Assembly (NCBI GenBank): GCA_973895155.1
Contig: OZ316894.1
Location: 20,466,451-20,530,450, forward strand
Direction: 5' to 3'
DNA length: 64,000 nucleotides
Source: Marsupella aquatica
Taxonomy: Eukaryota; Plantae; Marchantiophyta
The stretch's first letter is position 1. Every line of letters starts with the position of its first letter. A program made the translations under genes and the position numbers. Below are positions 23,462 to 35,810 of the stretch, piece by piece. The notes below the pieces were generated by a model. That model was not told where the DNA came from. It was given only the letters and a program-made list of their open reading frames with translations, and did no database searches.

Positions 23462-24586
23462 TCAAATGTGAACAGCTTGCGTGATTCCGCTCTCGAACGA
23501 CATGGTCTTTCGGCTGTCATGAAATCTGCAGAAGGACTTCGCTTCCTCGCAGGTCCTGTAGCATCTCCATCCCCTGGGGCCGACGTGGTTGCACAGAAGG
23601 TCGAAACATGACATTGGCGGGAGCCTCTGCTGCTTGTTTCCATCTGCGTGAGTAGGCCTCTTCGCCGTTGACGGCACTGAAGTCTCCTCTTTACAGTGAC
23701 GATATTTCTCCTCGCCCTTGGACATCGAGAATGGCTGTCTGCCTGCAGCTTCTTTCTGGTCCTCTATGACCGCGAAGAGAGGGTCCGCAAAGTGAACCGT
23801 GAAGCGCTTCGTCTTTCTCTTTCTACTGCCCACATCTTTGACAATGTCGCAGCCAACCTGTTTCAATACATCAGCACCGGCTGGTGATCTGTCCTCAGCT
23901 CTACACCCGTCGATTCGTTCCGGAGAAAGACTTTCCAGTCGTCTCTTCACCTTGCGCACGGGTAGAGTGGAACCTAAATTCCTGTCCTTGGTTACTGCCA
24001 CACTGTTGTCATGAGATCTGGAGCCGTCTCTGCAAGAACCAAGAAAGAATCCGTCGCTGGTGAGGTGAATGGCATCCAATGTAGTATACTCACAATTATT
24101 GTTAGGGATATCTTACGAGTTCATTAGATCAGGTCTGCCGAGAGCACCCTTTCAGAGCACAGATTATTTAAATCTTCCAACCTGCGAATTTTCAAAATTG
24201 CAGCAGCATTTCGATTAGGTACACTAAGTTGTTATAACACCTAAACGGATAAAAAGCTATGAAGGGCCTCCTTAAAGTGCAGGGTGAGTTTCTCCTGCAA
24301 TGTCAGACCCAGATTCAATGAAGTCAAGAGCAAATCAGAGGAAGGGCGCAACAAAAATAGCCCAGACAGAATGTTATCAATCGAGCGTGCTTTCTGCTCA
24401 CCGCTGTTGAATCATCCGGAAGATAGTTCCTTGAAGACGCTTGCTTGTTCTGAACGGGATTTTCCCCTCATCGTCGTCTGCACTCTCAGGAGTAGTGACT
24501 GGCGTCTGCTCGGGCGTCACGTTCTCCTCTGGCACCACCGCTTCATTTTCCTCGTAGTCCAAGTTCAGATCTATTCGCGGCGCCAT
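23462..24586 (-). CDS. WRC zinc-finger protein, paralogue 1 (exons 24586-24402 and 24029-23462; ~250 aa)
   Basis: Exon 1 MAPRIDLNL...GKIPFRTSKRLQGTIFRMIQQ(R) ends at CG|GTGAG; acceptor TTCTTGCAG|A restores the frame (phase 2). C-terminal CNHVGPRGWRCYRTCEEAKSFCRFH fits the C-x9-C-x10-C-x2-H WRC motif. Confidence 0.85.
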
Positions 24587-27500
24587 GGATGAAATTTGAT
24601 GCGAATAGAGAAGTGTTGTAAGTAATCTCCGAGCTGGCGCAACCCAAAATTGCAGTTGTTAATATCGACCTGGAGACTTTTCCAACGAATCTGACGACAA
24701 GTAGCGATGGGCACGGCTCAAAGATGGCCGGTTGGCGCAATCAGTGGCCATAGAGGAGTGATAACGGACCTGTTACATCAAAAGCGCAATCGCTTCCAGG
24801 CACTCGGAACGACCGGGCGCGAGGAAATTACAGCTCGCCCAACCCAATCAATCAAGACTCTCAACAAAACCTGTACCCCCCTTTCTTCCCGTTCCCCTGT
24901 CCCGATCCGCTTCGCCGCAGGGCATGCGTGTAGAAAATTAAGAGCCGCGAGAATCCTCACGAGTAGAATATACTTCACTTTGCGCGTTGACCAAGTTCAA
25001 AATAGACAATATCAGGCTACCCCAAAATGTGAGGCCGGCGGACCTAAAGTGCTCGTGGGCTGTGAGATTTAGAAGCTATAGATACTCAGCCGCAAAGGCA
25101 CGGTGACACCCGGACGTCGACGGAAGGTTGGTCACGCCAGCTTAACACCCAATATTATAGTGCACAGCTGCTCAATACAGCTCGATACGAGAGTCACGGA
25201 GTAAGAAACTAGAAGCGTTGCACATCAACACTCGCATGCAATTGCTCTGCGCGCCTCGAATTCCCGACTCGCATCATCACTCGTCCCTTCAGTCCTCAAT
25301 CGTCAATTCTTTGCTCCAGCCCAGCCACATGAGTTTGTTGCCCGCCTGCCTCGTTACGCTCGATGTCGTCGTTCACTCAGAGCTCTCCTAGGGTTCTCCG
25401 TACGTCAGAAAGATAAAACCGCGCTGCGATGAAATCACATGGCCATCACTATATGCGCAGCGATGGAGCTAGCTAGCAAGCTACCAGCAAGCGCGCGAAT
25501 GGCCGTCTTATTACTGACCGGTCTGGCCGAACGGGATAGAGAGCGGAACGACCTCAAACCAAATCCAATCGAGTGCAACGGCAGAAGAAACGAGACGTTC
25601 TGTATGTCTGTCGACGAGCGTCTCGCTTCAATTTGACGAGCGAGCGGCCTCTCTCGCCAAGCAAGCTACGGTTGAGCAGCACAAGCAACATGGAGTCGTG
25701 TATCTTCTTCTTCGCCCGTGCTCCGCTCGTCATTCACCGAGAGTTTCATCAATCAGACGACGTCTTGGATTGGGAACGGCACATCGGAGTCCATGTGGTG
25801 ATTGGCGATCCCGGTCGCCCAGGACAGATAAGACACGCTGAAAAGGGCACTCCTCACTTTGCCAATACTGTAGAGTCGTAGCAGAGCAAGGCCCATTGTT
25901 CCTCGTGTAATGTTTTCGAGGTTGTGTGTCTCAATTTAATTCCCTCCCATTTCCCGATCCCCAAACTCACTGTATAGCATTATAGTATTTTCCCGTTCCC
26001 CAACCTATAGCATTTTCATCCCAGTTGAAATGTATTTATTAAGATTGAGTGGGATAAAGTACTGGAGTAGAATTATAACACATGATAAATACATGAATAG
26101 AAATGTAGCACATGCAAATACTATATGTTAAGATTGAATGATAGAATATAAAAATAGAAATACAGCACGATGAAAGTACAAATCTATGGCACAAAGATAT
26201 TGAAGAATTGTGTCATAATGTACAGATCACTTGTCTGGGGTAATAATATGCAAATCAATCAAAACTGTCAATTTAGGGAACAAACAATGAGAATAACATA
26301 AAACCTGAGGCGTACACACTATTAATAATTATTTCTTTCTCTCACTCAAATGCTGTAGAAATTATTTGCGAATTGAAATCTAAAAGTAGTGGAAAAGGAG
26401 ACCTCAAGGATAGCAAAGATAAAAAAACACAAAATGGGGTGCCAAATTAAATCTACACTCTAAGTGACACAAAGGATAGGATATTTGTCGTTAAGGCACA
26501 TTTAAAATACAAATACCCAACAGAAAATCTTAATCAGACAAAATACTCAAAGGTGGATTTCCTATACTAGTATCATCATTGCCCGAATGTTGGCCTAATG
26601 CTTTTGGGATGGTTGTGTTTGACACCTAATTTACTCCCTGTTTCCCAAACATGCCACATGATTTTCCAGCCCATTCCTTTTGGACTTATCATACCCATCC
26701 TTTTGCAACGTCCAAATTTGTAACTGGACACAAACTTATACTATAATTTGACACTAATCTGGTCATGATATACCCCCTACAATTAAGCTAAAAAAAAATT
26801 TTGATTTTTAAATTATGCTTGTGAATAGGGAAGATATGTGACTTTGAGTATGTCTGAGGAGCCCTCCTTATGGGATATGTATAGTATTTGGGGTTAGTTT
26901 CTCTAGCAGGGTCCCAAGATTTTCCAACCCACTGATTTTTGGGAGGCCAAAATTTGGGCCTGAGCAACAATTGTAGTTTGATTAATATTGAATATGAGCA
27001 AATCACTATTTACAGACCCCCATGGGAAGCTCCTTCCAAAACCATTGAAAGCAAGTGCAACAACATCAACACTATTAGTCACAAACAATAATGGTTAGAT
27101 ATGCAAGAAGAACCAAACACTATTTGTGTTGAAAGCAAGACCAAGGAAAACAGTTAGACCTGGTAACTGTAAAACAATGGAAACTGATAAATAACACTTG
27201 AAATAAATAATGAAAAGAGTAAAAGGAGGTCAAATGTACCTTTTGGATGGTTGTTTGATATATTAGTAAGGGCTTATGATTATTTTTATAAAAATTCCAT
27301 TTCATCTGCAGTTTTGAAATAACCATGGGTAGAAGGAGACTCTTTGGTTACTATAACATTTACCAAGGTCATGTAAGGAACACTTCAGCTACTCTGGACA
27401 TAGGAATAACAAGAGAAAGTAAGAAACTCTTCAACTTCCATTCTTGCCAATGTAACATTTAACAACGTAGTGTACAAACCCTTCGGCTACTCTGGATGCC

Positions 27501-27975
27501 TAAACGATTAACAAGAGAAACTAAGTAAGAAACCCTTGAGTCAACTTCCATTCTTGCCCTGTCGTCCATGACTTTTCCACCAGACTTCAGTTTATGATTT
27601 TGTGTCCATAACAACAGCAACATCTGAAAAAGTGCAGGAAAAAGGGGCATGTCCGGCAATCAGGGCATATCCGGCACCAGCAAGAGCCAGTCTTCCTCAC
27701 TGCTGCCAAACAATTTCCTCTTAGATCCAAGAGGTATCTCTCCAACTTGTTGAACAAAATCATGCTGACATAAGCTAGGGGTCCTTGAACTAATCACTAC
27801 TGTAAGGGAGGTGCACCCTTGGCACCAACGGTTTTTAATTTATTTGTTATTTGCTCAAACCAAGTTAGTACTACAATCATATACGAGTAGCTCCAAGCAA
27901 ACCAGTGGGTTACAACTAGTGTGCAGCCAGATTTAGAGACATGAATAGAAGGATAGCGAAGGAGAATGCGTAGGT

Positions 27976-28205
27976 TTAGGTAGTACTCTGGATCAACTCA
28001 ATGAGAATAATACATTTGAAAAGTCTCAAAAAAAGTAAAGAGCAAAGGAGTGGGCTACTACAGAACTTAACCCTGATTCAGAATATTAGCGTAGTTCAGG
28101 TAGTACTCTGGATCAACTCAATGAAAATAATACATTTGAAAAGTCTCAAAAAAGTTAAATGAGCAAAGCAGTGGGGGCTACTACAGAACTTAACCCTGAT
28201 TTAGA
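27976..28205. repeat. Tandem duplication, ~120 bp x2
   Basis: AGGTAGTACTCTGGATCAACTCAATGA.AATAATACATTTGAAAAGTCTC...CTACTACAGAACTTAACCCTGATT occurs twice, with a partial copy near 28520-28565. Confidence 0.9.
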
Positions 28206-28409
28206 ACATTATTCACATAGTTTCATTTTTGAATTTAAAAAACAGCGTATACACTCCTGGATTATCATTCTTAAAAATTAAATATTACAATTCTAGATTT
28301 CATGAAAACCTCAAACATTTTGAATAATTATATAGTTATTAGTGAAGAGAGCAGAGATGACACTAGGGTACCGTGTGTAGCTACTCTAGATTTCGAGACT
28401 TAAGACTAG

Positions 28410-28508
<99 letters not shown>

Positions 28509-29010
28509 TGAAAATGAACCATTTGAAAAGTTTCGAAAATACATGAGCAAAGCAGTGGGCTACTGCTGTGTTTTGAGACGTGAGTAGAAGACGACCGAGT
28601 AGAATCAGTAGTATTCTCGATCCGTCTAATGGGGACGCTCCATTTCAAAAGGTTAAATAGCATGATGCAACAAGTTCTGGAAGTGTGGCGGTCATGACTC
28701 ATCATGGTATGGTCCAATTGTTATAGCAAGACTAGAACTAGACTAGAAGTAGAATTATTGCTTGGATGATGTGACATTCAAAATTTAATTAAATAGCCAC
28801 TGTCCTCAAAGCACAACGGGGATATTCAAGCTCACCATACTAGCATTTGAAAGTGTTGAGACATTAGGCTACCATTAGGCATCCAGAGCAAACTAAAGGG
28901 AGGGCCATTTCCATACAATAAAGTTAAAATTCCTGAGGAAAAATGTGTCAGGTCTGCAAATAATCAATGCAAAGATCCTGAATAAAATTGGTCACTTGGT
29001 CCATTCTTTT

Positions 29011-29280
29011 AGACCAGCTCAAGAGGAAATCTAAGTTTTTGACAAAAAACATCGATCTACACACCAGCAAAAAAAGAGACCTCATGGATGGTTATGGAGT
29101 TGCCTCATTGGTTAGTAAATGGTTTGTCACTAAGCTGCCTTGTCCCATTCTAGCTTCCAGTAGACCTGAGTGATGAAAATTCCTCGGCTGCAAGCAAATT
29201 TCTTGGCACAATCTGGTACCTTGCTGATGTGTAGATGTTTTTTGTCAAAAACTTAGACTTCCTCTCGAGTTAGTTGGTCT
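29011..29280. repeat. Foldback (inverted repeat) with ~60-bp arms and a ~150-bp spacer
   Basis: CTCAAGAGGAAATCTAAGTTTTTGACAAAAAACATC..CTACACACCAGCAA pairs with TTGCTGATGTGTAGATGTTTTTTGTCAAAAACTTAGACTTCCTCTCGAG. Confidence 0.85.
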
Positions 29281-32200
29281 CCCCTGCCCTGAGGCTCTCA
29301 CACTCACAAGCCACACCTGCACTTGCCCTATTGTCAAGCTTCAAATGTAGCAACATTTGGTAGTTATTCTTGAGCAAACTGCAAACCAAGAGACAAACAG
29401 GCAGGGTTGACTGTCAGGCGAGGAACCAGTTTGAGACTTGAGCCTCTCCCACCCACGTTTGCGATGGGCAAGGCCCAGCTGGGGGTTTAGGGCAATGTTG
29501 TCCAGGGTGTGGCTGAACCAATCCTGCCTCACCACATGGTGGGAACCAATCACGGTTGACCGTGGGTTAACTACAGAAGGTTGTAAAACATTTATTAAAG
29601 AAAGAAAAACAACTACAGATGATTAGCTAAACCCATATGAAATAGGGGTCAAATATGACAATCAAAAAACATTAACTGTGACAAACATCCTTTGACACTT
29701 TAGAAAGTGTCAGAAGGACCCAAAAATATTTTGCTAGTCTGGCCCAAAATTCTACTAACTATTTAGTTTTGCTCTCATAGAGATGGACAGTACTGGGGCA
29801 TTTTGTGGACAGGTTACCTGTTTGGGCAGGTTAGTAACAAACGGTAGTCACCAATGGTTTTTCAGGGAATCCAGTTGTTGTTAACACCCTAGTAACCATC
29901 AGGTTTGTGCCTGCCATGCCTCAACACGTAATATTTTTACCTTTTGAAATGCTGCTCGAAAACTTAATATTTAGCTTTGTAATGCTAACACACTGCCATG
30001 AACAGTTTATCTATACCTCAAGAACAATGTAAACACTCATACATCAGTGTTTTACTTCAAAATGTTTGAGATATTCCAAAAATATTCGTAATAAAGTCTT
30101 TTTTCCCAGATTTCAAAACCAAAAATATAAGTACTTATTAATTGTTTTGGGCAACCTGATCATCTCGTAGGTACAGCAGTTTTAAGACTTGACGAACGTC
30201 CCAATTACCCACAATAGTAGACAGCTTGACGGCTGTCGGGTGGGGGAGTTATTGTGTAACACAGAACTCGTGTGTTCATGGCTAGCTACCTTGAGTAACA
30301 CAAGCACCACACCATTCGTCATATAAAAGAGCTGATGGATACATCTTTGGAGAGGGCACACTGACCCATTGCAGTCAGGCTAAACACACCGCTCCCAACT
30401 TCCATCCTGATCCCATATTCATGTTCTCAGGTGCCGGAGTTGTTCTTGGATTACAATCGATTCTACAGGTGATTTGAGGATCAAGGAAATCTAATTGTGT
30501 AGCAGCGCTGGAATGTCGAACAGTAGTACCTGGACAACAATGGCTATTAATGTCTCTGACATAGACGCTGCTTTTCAGTGTCATGTTCTATCAAGGTACA
30601 GGGAACCCATGTCCACGTGTGTCAGTCGTATTAGGTTTTCACTAAGGTGCGTCTCTTGTCCGGAATTCCCTCTGCATTTGTCAGTAGTTTAGTCTGGTTT
30701 ACATTTTCTCATAGTTTGGTCGTCTGAACAGAGTGATACGTTACTCTGATCGTTTGCAGATTGTTTTCATGGGACACCTCTGCCACTGCTCCAGAAAGCA
30801 GACTCCTCACCGTCGTGTATGAAGTGGAGAATTGCAGAGAAACAACAACAGAGTTAAACGACGGATGAAACCAAGACCATTGTATCAGGTTCAGATTTGA
30901 CAATCCTTGCACATGCCCTTGATGCAAGACCGTGATGAGTGCACGATTGTTGTACATGATCTTGCAATTGAGTATTCTCAAATGTGCTGTTGGTGTTAGT
31001 ACAGCGCTGATATGAGAGGCCCAGGGCAGAGATACTTTTCCACAACCTGATGCGAGACGGCTTTCAGATCACGGCGTTGAATCCTTTACTAAACCCTCCT
31101 TCATTTGGTCAGTACCTGCGAGCATTCTCCTCACTCGGGGAGTCCTGAGTGCTTCTAAGCGTTTTTCTCAGTGCGTATATGATAATCCTCCAAAAGACCC
31201 CGTTTAGGGCGCCGTTGAGTGGCGCACACACTGTTCAAGCTGATTTGATCAGTCATATATGGGAGTAATTTCTCCTAGTTTTGGAGCTCGATTCCGTCGC
31301 TCTCCGTCTTGGTTCAACATCAACGACTTCCAAAGATGTCTCGTCTCTCCTCTGTTTGATTGATGAAATAGACAAAATGCTAAAGAATTCGAAGTGCAAG
31401 CCGAGATCAGAGGTATTTACGTAGGCCAGTAGATGTGACCTGTGTTGTCAACGAATACGGATCCGGTATGGAACATCAGAAAATTCGCTGCATGGGATGA
31501 ATCGAAGATCTTGTCGCTCATTCTGGATTAACGTGAGAAATTCAAGTTTTCCTGGCTTCATATTTGAAGCTCAGATGGCGTTTCCTTAATTTCAATCATA
31601 TCCTTACTTTTCGTCAACAAGGTGATAACATCCTTTGGCTGTCACGAAGGTCAAGCTCAATCTGGCGTCTTTCTCCTCACATTCGTTACCGCAGTGATGC
31701 TGTCCTCGGACTGTCACTGAGTTCAAGTGTAGCCTGACTTATTAACTATTGGGGGCTAAAATCCTCTGGAAGGAACTGTCCTGTCGTAATTCTGTTGGTC
31801 CGATCAGAGTGCCCAAGGCCTTGAACTCCGACGAGTTGATCTCGACGTCGTTCCCAGAAGCGATGAATACTGGAAAACTTAAGTCGGCATGAAAACCCAA
31901 CATTCTGTCCGTGGCACATGTTTCAACTCATATTTCTGGGGCAGAAGCTTCCACAAACATGAAAATTTAGTGCATGTCGACATATTCTGAGCAAGGATGC
32001 AAGATAACGGAGAAGCTGCTAAAGGTCTCTCAGTTGTGCACAAAATGGGCGATTTGTGAGAAGCATGAAGCTGACAAGGGAAGTCAAAATCCCACACCCC
32101 TGCACGATGTCCGTTAACAGCGTAAACCTTAGACCCAGATGCCATGAAGTCTATATTTATTTGTATTCGGGTGAGTTGAGGGCCTAAAACGATTACTGCG

Positions 32201-33446
32201 TCGTCTCGTTTCTATCCTGCTGTCAGTCCCAATTCGTTACTTCTAGAATTCGGAACCTCGGTGACCGGGTCAATATCCACCTCAGTGCCAGATATCCTTC
32301 ACCCCCTTAATTGCGCTAATTGGGCTCCACCCTGTGGTCCTTTCGAGTTCCAACAACAGGAACAAAAGTAGACGGGATGCCATAGGACTATAGGAGCGTG
32401 TAGGTGTGGAGTGTGGACTACATTATCCGGGAGAACGAACTGGCAGAGAGGAAGTCTAGAAATGGGCGAAGACAATCTCCAGCGAGTTTTGACTCGTGCA
32501 AGCGGAGACACACGATTGGATGGCTAGCTTTAGTTGTAGCTTCAGATGTGTCCACCAGACCTAGGGAGCTTCTTTTCTGTACGCCTCAGGAGCAAATATA
32601 AAGGCTGTTGAGAGGAACTCGGATTGCAGAGAGCTGGAACTTAATCGGGGATCCATTATACCGAAGAACGGCAGTGCGCGAGATATATTTGAAGGGGTCA
32701 AAGCAGATCGCTCTGTACAACGCAGTTATTATTGGAAGCATCCCCTTTTGGGAGATTTCAGCTCCAGCTCACTGTTCAATGTGCATCATTGCCTTCGAAG
32801 AACGAGGTTGGTGGCCGGAGGGCAAACGCCAGCGAGCTCGGAATATACCATAGATCGATGTAACTTAGTGGAAGCGGATGACACTCCACCGAGGTTCTCC
32901 CGCGAGGAAACCATTTCAGTTCATATTACTTACAGGTCAGCATTATGAAAAAAAAAATCGCTTGGAGGACCTTTGAGATTCATTAGAAAACCAAATCACA
33001 TATGAAAACATGAGTCTTATGGGTCGCGAAGCTCTGTGTGAAGACCCTCGAGAACCACATCTGAGACCAGACATAGTGCCGATCAATTGGACAATTTCCG
33101 ATATTTTTCATTCGATCCTGTTTACAATGCTCAGTGTACGCATCGATCATCCGAGTCCGCCTCCAAAACCAAAGATTGATCGACAGCCGCGCTACAACGT
33201 GAGAATGCAATTTAACCTTATTCTATGTCTAGCTAGTCCACACCTTCGACGCCACCCTTCCGTGTATTCTGCTCCAAGTTGTACGACACATTTCAGTTGT
33301 TGAGGAAACGTAGTACATCACTGTCCGGTAGTGAGCCAACCCATAGATGGTGCTGTCGTATCACGGTATGCAGTCTTAGTCCTCGTACAGACGTAGGATG
33401 GCCAGGCAGAACGGCAAGATCTTGGGGCAAGAAAGAAGGTTCTAGC

Positions 33447-34571
33447 TCAGGTGTACAGACAGATTCCAGCGACTGGTGTGCTTTCCCGCCGGTGGTAAAC
33501 ACAGAATGCCTGACCTACATCGCGAGACCTGTAGCACCTCCATCCTCTACGGGAGACTTGACTGCAAAGGAGATCGAAACATGATTTAGGTTGTTTCATG
33601 GCAACTTTTGTTGGAATCTCGGAGCCGGTGATGGTCGGCTTACCTTTGCCCCCAGCGGTTCTATTGCAAGTTTTTGCTGGAGGTGAAGAAACGTGATTCG
33701 GAACATCCTTATCATGGGCATCGCTTGAAACGCTACCTATGTAGAGATAAACATCGTTGAAATGCACTTTCCTCCTCTTAACCTTCCCGGGAGCTCTTAG
33801 AGATGCGGTGCCAGTCTCCGCCGCTGATGACGTCTGCTCGGTTTCAGACACATACGGATTCCCACTTTCTTCGGCGGGAAGGTCAGCCGAATGATCCTCA
33901 TGCTTTTCTCTTGTAGGCTCTGATTCCCTTTGCGGGCGTTTAGGAGAACGCGCAGGCGGCATCGACCCGGTAATTCGGAAGTCGTCCTTCACCTTCACGG
34001 TTACCTGGTTGTGCGTGTACCCGCCATCCCTGCGGAATGAAGCTTTTACTAAGATATGGAATAGCCATGCGTAGTTGGAAACCAAATCTGAAAACAGAAA
34101 TCTGAGAAGAAACAAACAGGAGCAGTTCGGATTGCAAAGCAACCCGCCCGGTAGATTTGCCCGGAGAACAAACTCCGGTGGTCCATCGAAACAAAGACTT
34201 GATGAAAAAATCAATTCCCGCAGAAGAAACTGAACTCGAAACAAATTGGCAATTCATCTACAAAAGTCCCAGGAGTCTCAGGAAGCTATGAGCCCAGTAA
34301 AAAAATTACGGGGAGTGGGTTAGCGCTTCCAATCTTACCTCTCTTTAATCAATCTGAGGGTGGCTTCTTGCAGGCGCCTGCTTGTCCTCCACGGAATTTC
34401 TCCAGCGGAAGCAGGGATAACATTGCCCTTCCCCGCGAGCCTGTGGGCATGATGCATCCTCGAACCGGTGTTCATCGTGCCATTGTCCCTCCTGAGCGCT
34501 TGTTGTCCCTCTGCCCTTCCATTAAGCCTCCCCGTCTCAGGCTCGCAGTTCAAAGCTCCCCTCGGAGGCAT
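33447..34571 (-). CDS. WRC zinc-finger protein, paralogue 2 (exons 34571-34339 and 34029-33447; ~271 aa)
   Basis: Exon 1 MPPRGALN...GEIPWRTSRRLQEATLRLIKE(R) ends at AG|GTAAG; acceptor TTCCGCAG|G (phase 2, same position as paralogue 1). C-terminal CSQVSRRGWRCYRSRDVGQAFCVYH is a WRC motif. Confidence 0.85.
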
Positions 34572-35614
34572 GGTGGACGGACGTTGTCAACAATTCTATG
34601 CCAAATCAGTCGCAGCGCGGCTTCACAAAGTCGCAAGGATCCCCTTCATGCCAGAGTTCGGCTGTCCGAGGCAGTCCAACAAGTCGATCTAACGATAAGC
34701 TGGTCGATCACGCTAAACAAGGAAAAGTGGGGTATGGGCCGATAGTGGGGAAAATGCCAGGGCAGCGACCATGTGGCTGGTAGATTGCGGCCAGAATGCC
34801 TAAAGCGGAACACGCGGGAGATTCCACCAGGGTGATTATAGTATAGCACAGTACCGATCGCCCAAAAGTTAACACGTTGATCTCGCCGAGGAGGAAGTCC
34901 TAATGAGGAAGAGCAGAAGATCGCCCGAAAGTCCGAAACCCTTGGGGACAGGACAAAGAATCAGAAAACAGAGAAGCTACTACAATAATTATTTAGCTAT
35001 AATCCATATACTCAGCTCGATGCGGGAATGCGTCAGAACTGTCATGCAGATCGCGCAAACGAACGAACGAAGGAACGAGCGAACGCCGTGACACAGTCTG
35101 CTGTCTGGGCAGACGCACCTGCTGCTGGTCCAGAAGCTGGCAGATCCCGTGACGTCCAAACCAAATGGAGCTTTTCTCCGTCTGTCAATGAGAGGACAAA
35201 ATCAGAACGAGAGTGACAACACTAACGCGCCGCATCGTCGACGTAAGACTATCGAGAACAAACGAAGTAACGCCCAACGACTGAAGATCACGAAGCGAAT
35301 GATCAATAATTCATTATCCATGATCACACACCTTTTTCGGCAACTTTCTGTCCACGGGAATCGAACGCCGCGAGCTGTGAAGAAATGAATCAGCTGCTGG
35401 ACATGAGGATGGAATGACAAGTCTGAATAGATTGTTAACCAAACTCGCAAGATGATGCTTCGATTTCCGGGAAGACAAGAGCGACAATGGCGAGGACTCC
35501 AGGAGGACTTGGAGGAGTAGCCTGGGGTGGAAACAATTTGACAGCGAGAGAGAGGCTAATAATAACGCTCATTAATGTCACTCTTTATTTGTGCCGGTAT
35601 CAACCAATACTATC

Positions 35615-35810
35615 TTGAGCACCATTAGATCATCACACTATTGCAATGCTGGCTTGAGCACCATTAGATCATCACACTATTCTAATGCTGACTTGAGCAC
35701 ATGAGATCGTCGCACATTTGCAATGCCATCGTGAGCACCAGTAGATCATCGCACGGTTGCAAACCCATCTTGAGCACCATTACATATTGATCTCACACTA
35801 TTGCAGTGCT
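35615..35810. repeat. Minisatellite, 39 bp x5
   Basis: TTGAGCACCATTAGATCATCACACTATTGCAATGCTGGC-type units, head to tail, with no unique spacers. Confidence 0.9.

Noticed and set aside
35615-35810. 39-bp regularly spaced repeats resembling a CRISPR array
   Set aside because: Units are head-to-tail with no unique spacers, the context is eukaryotic and there are no cas genes. It is a minisatellite.
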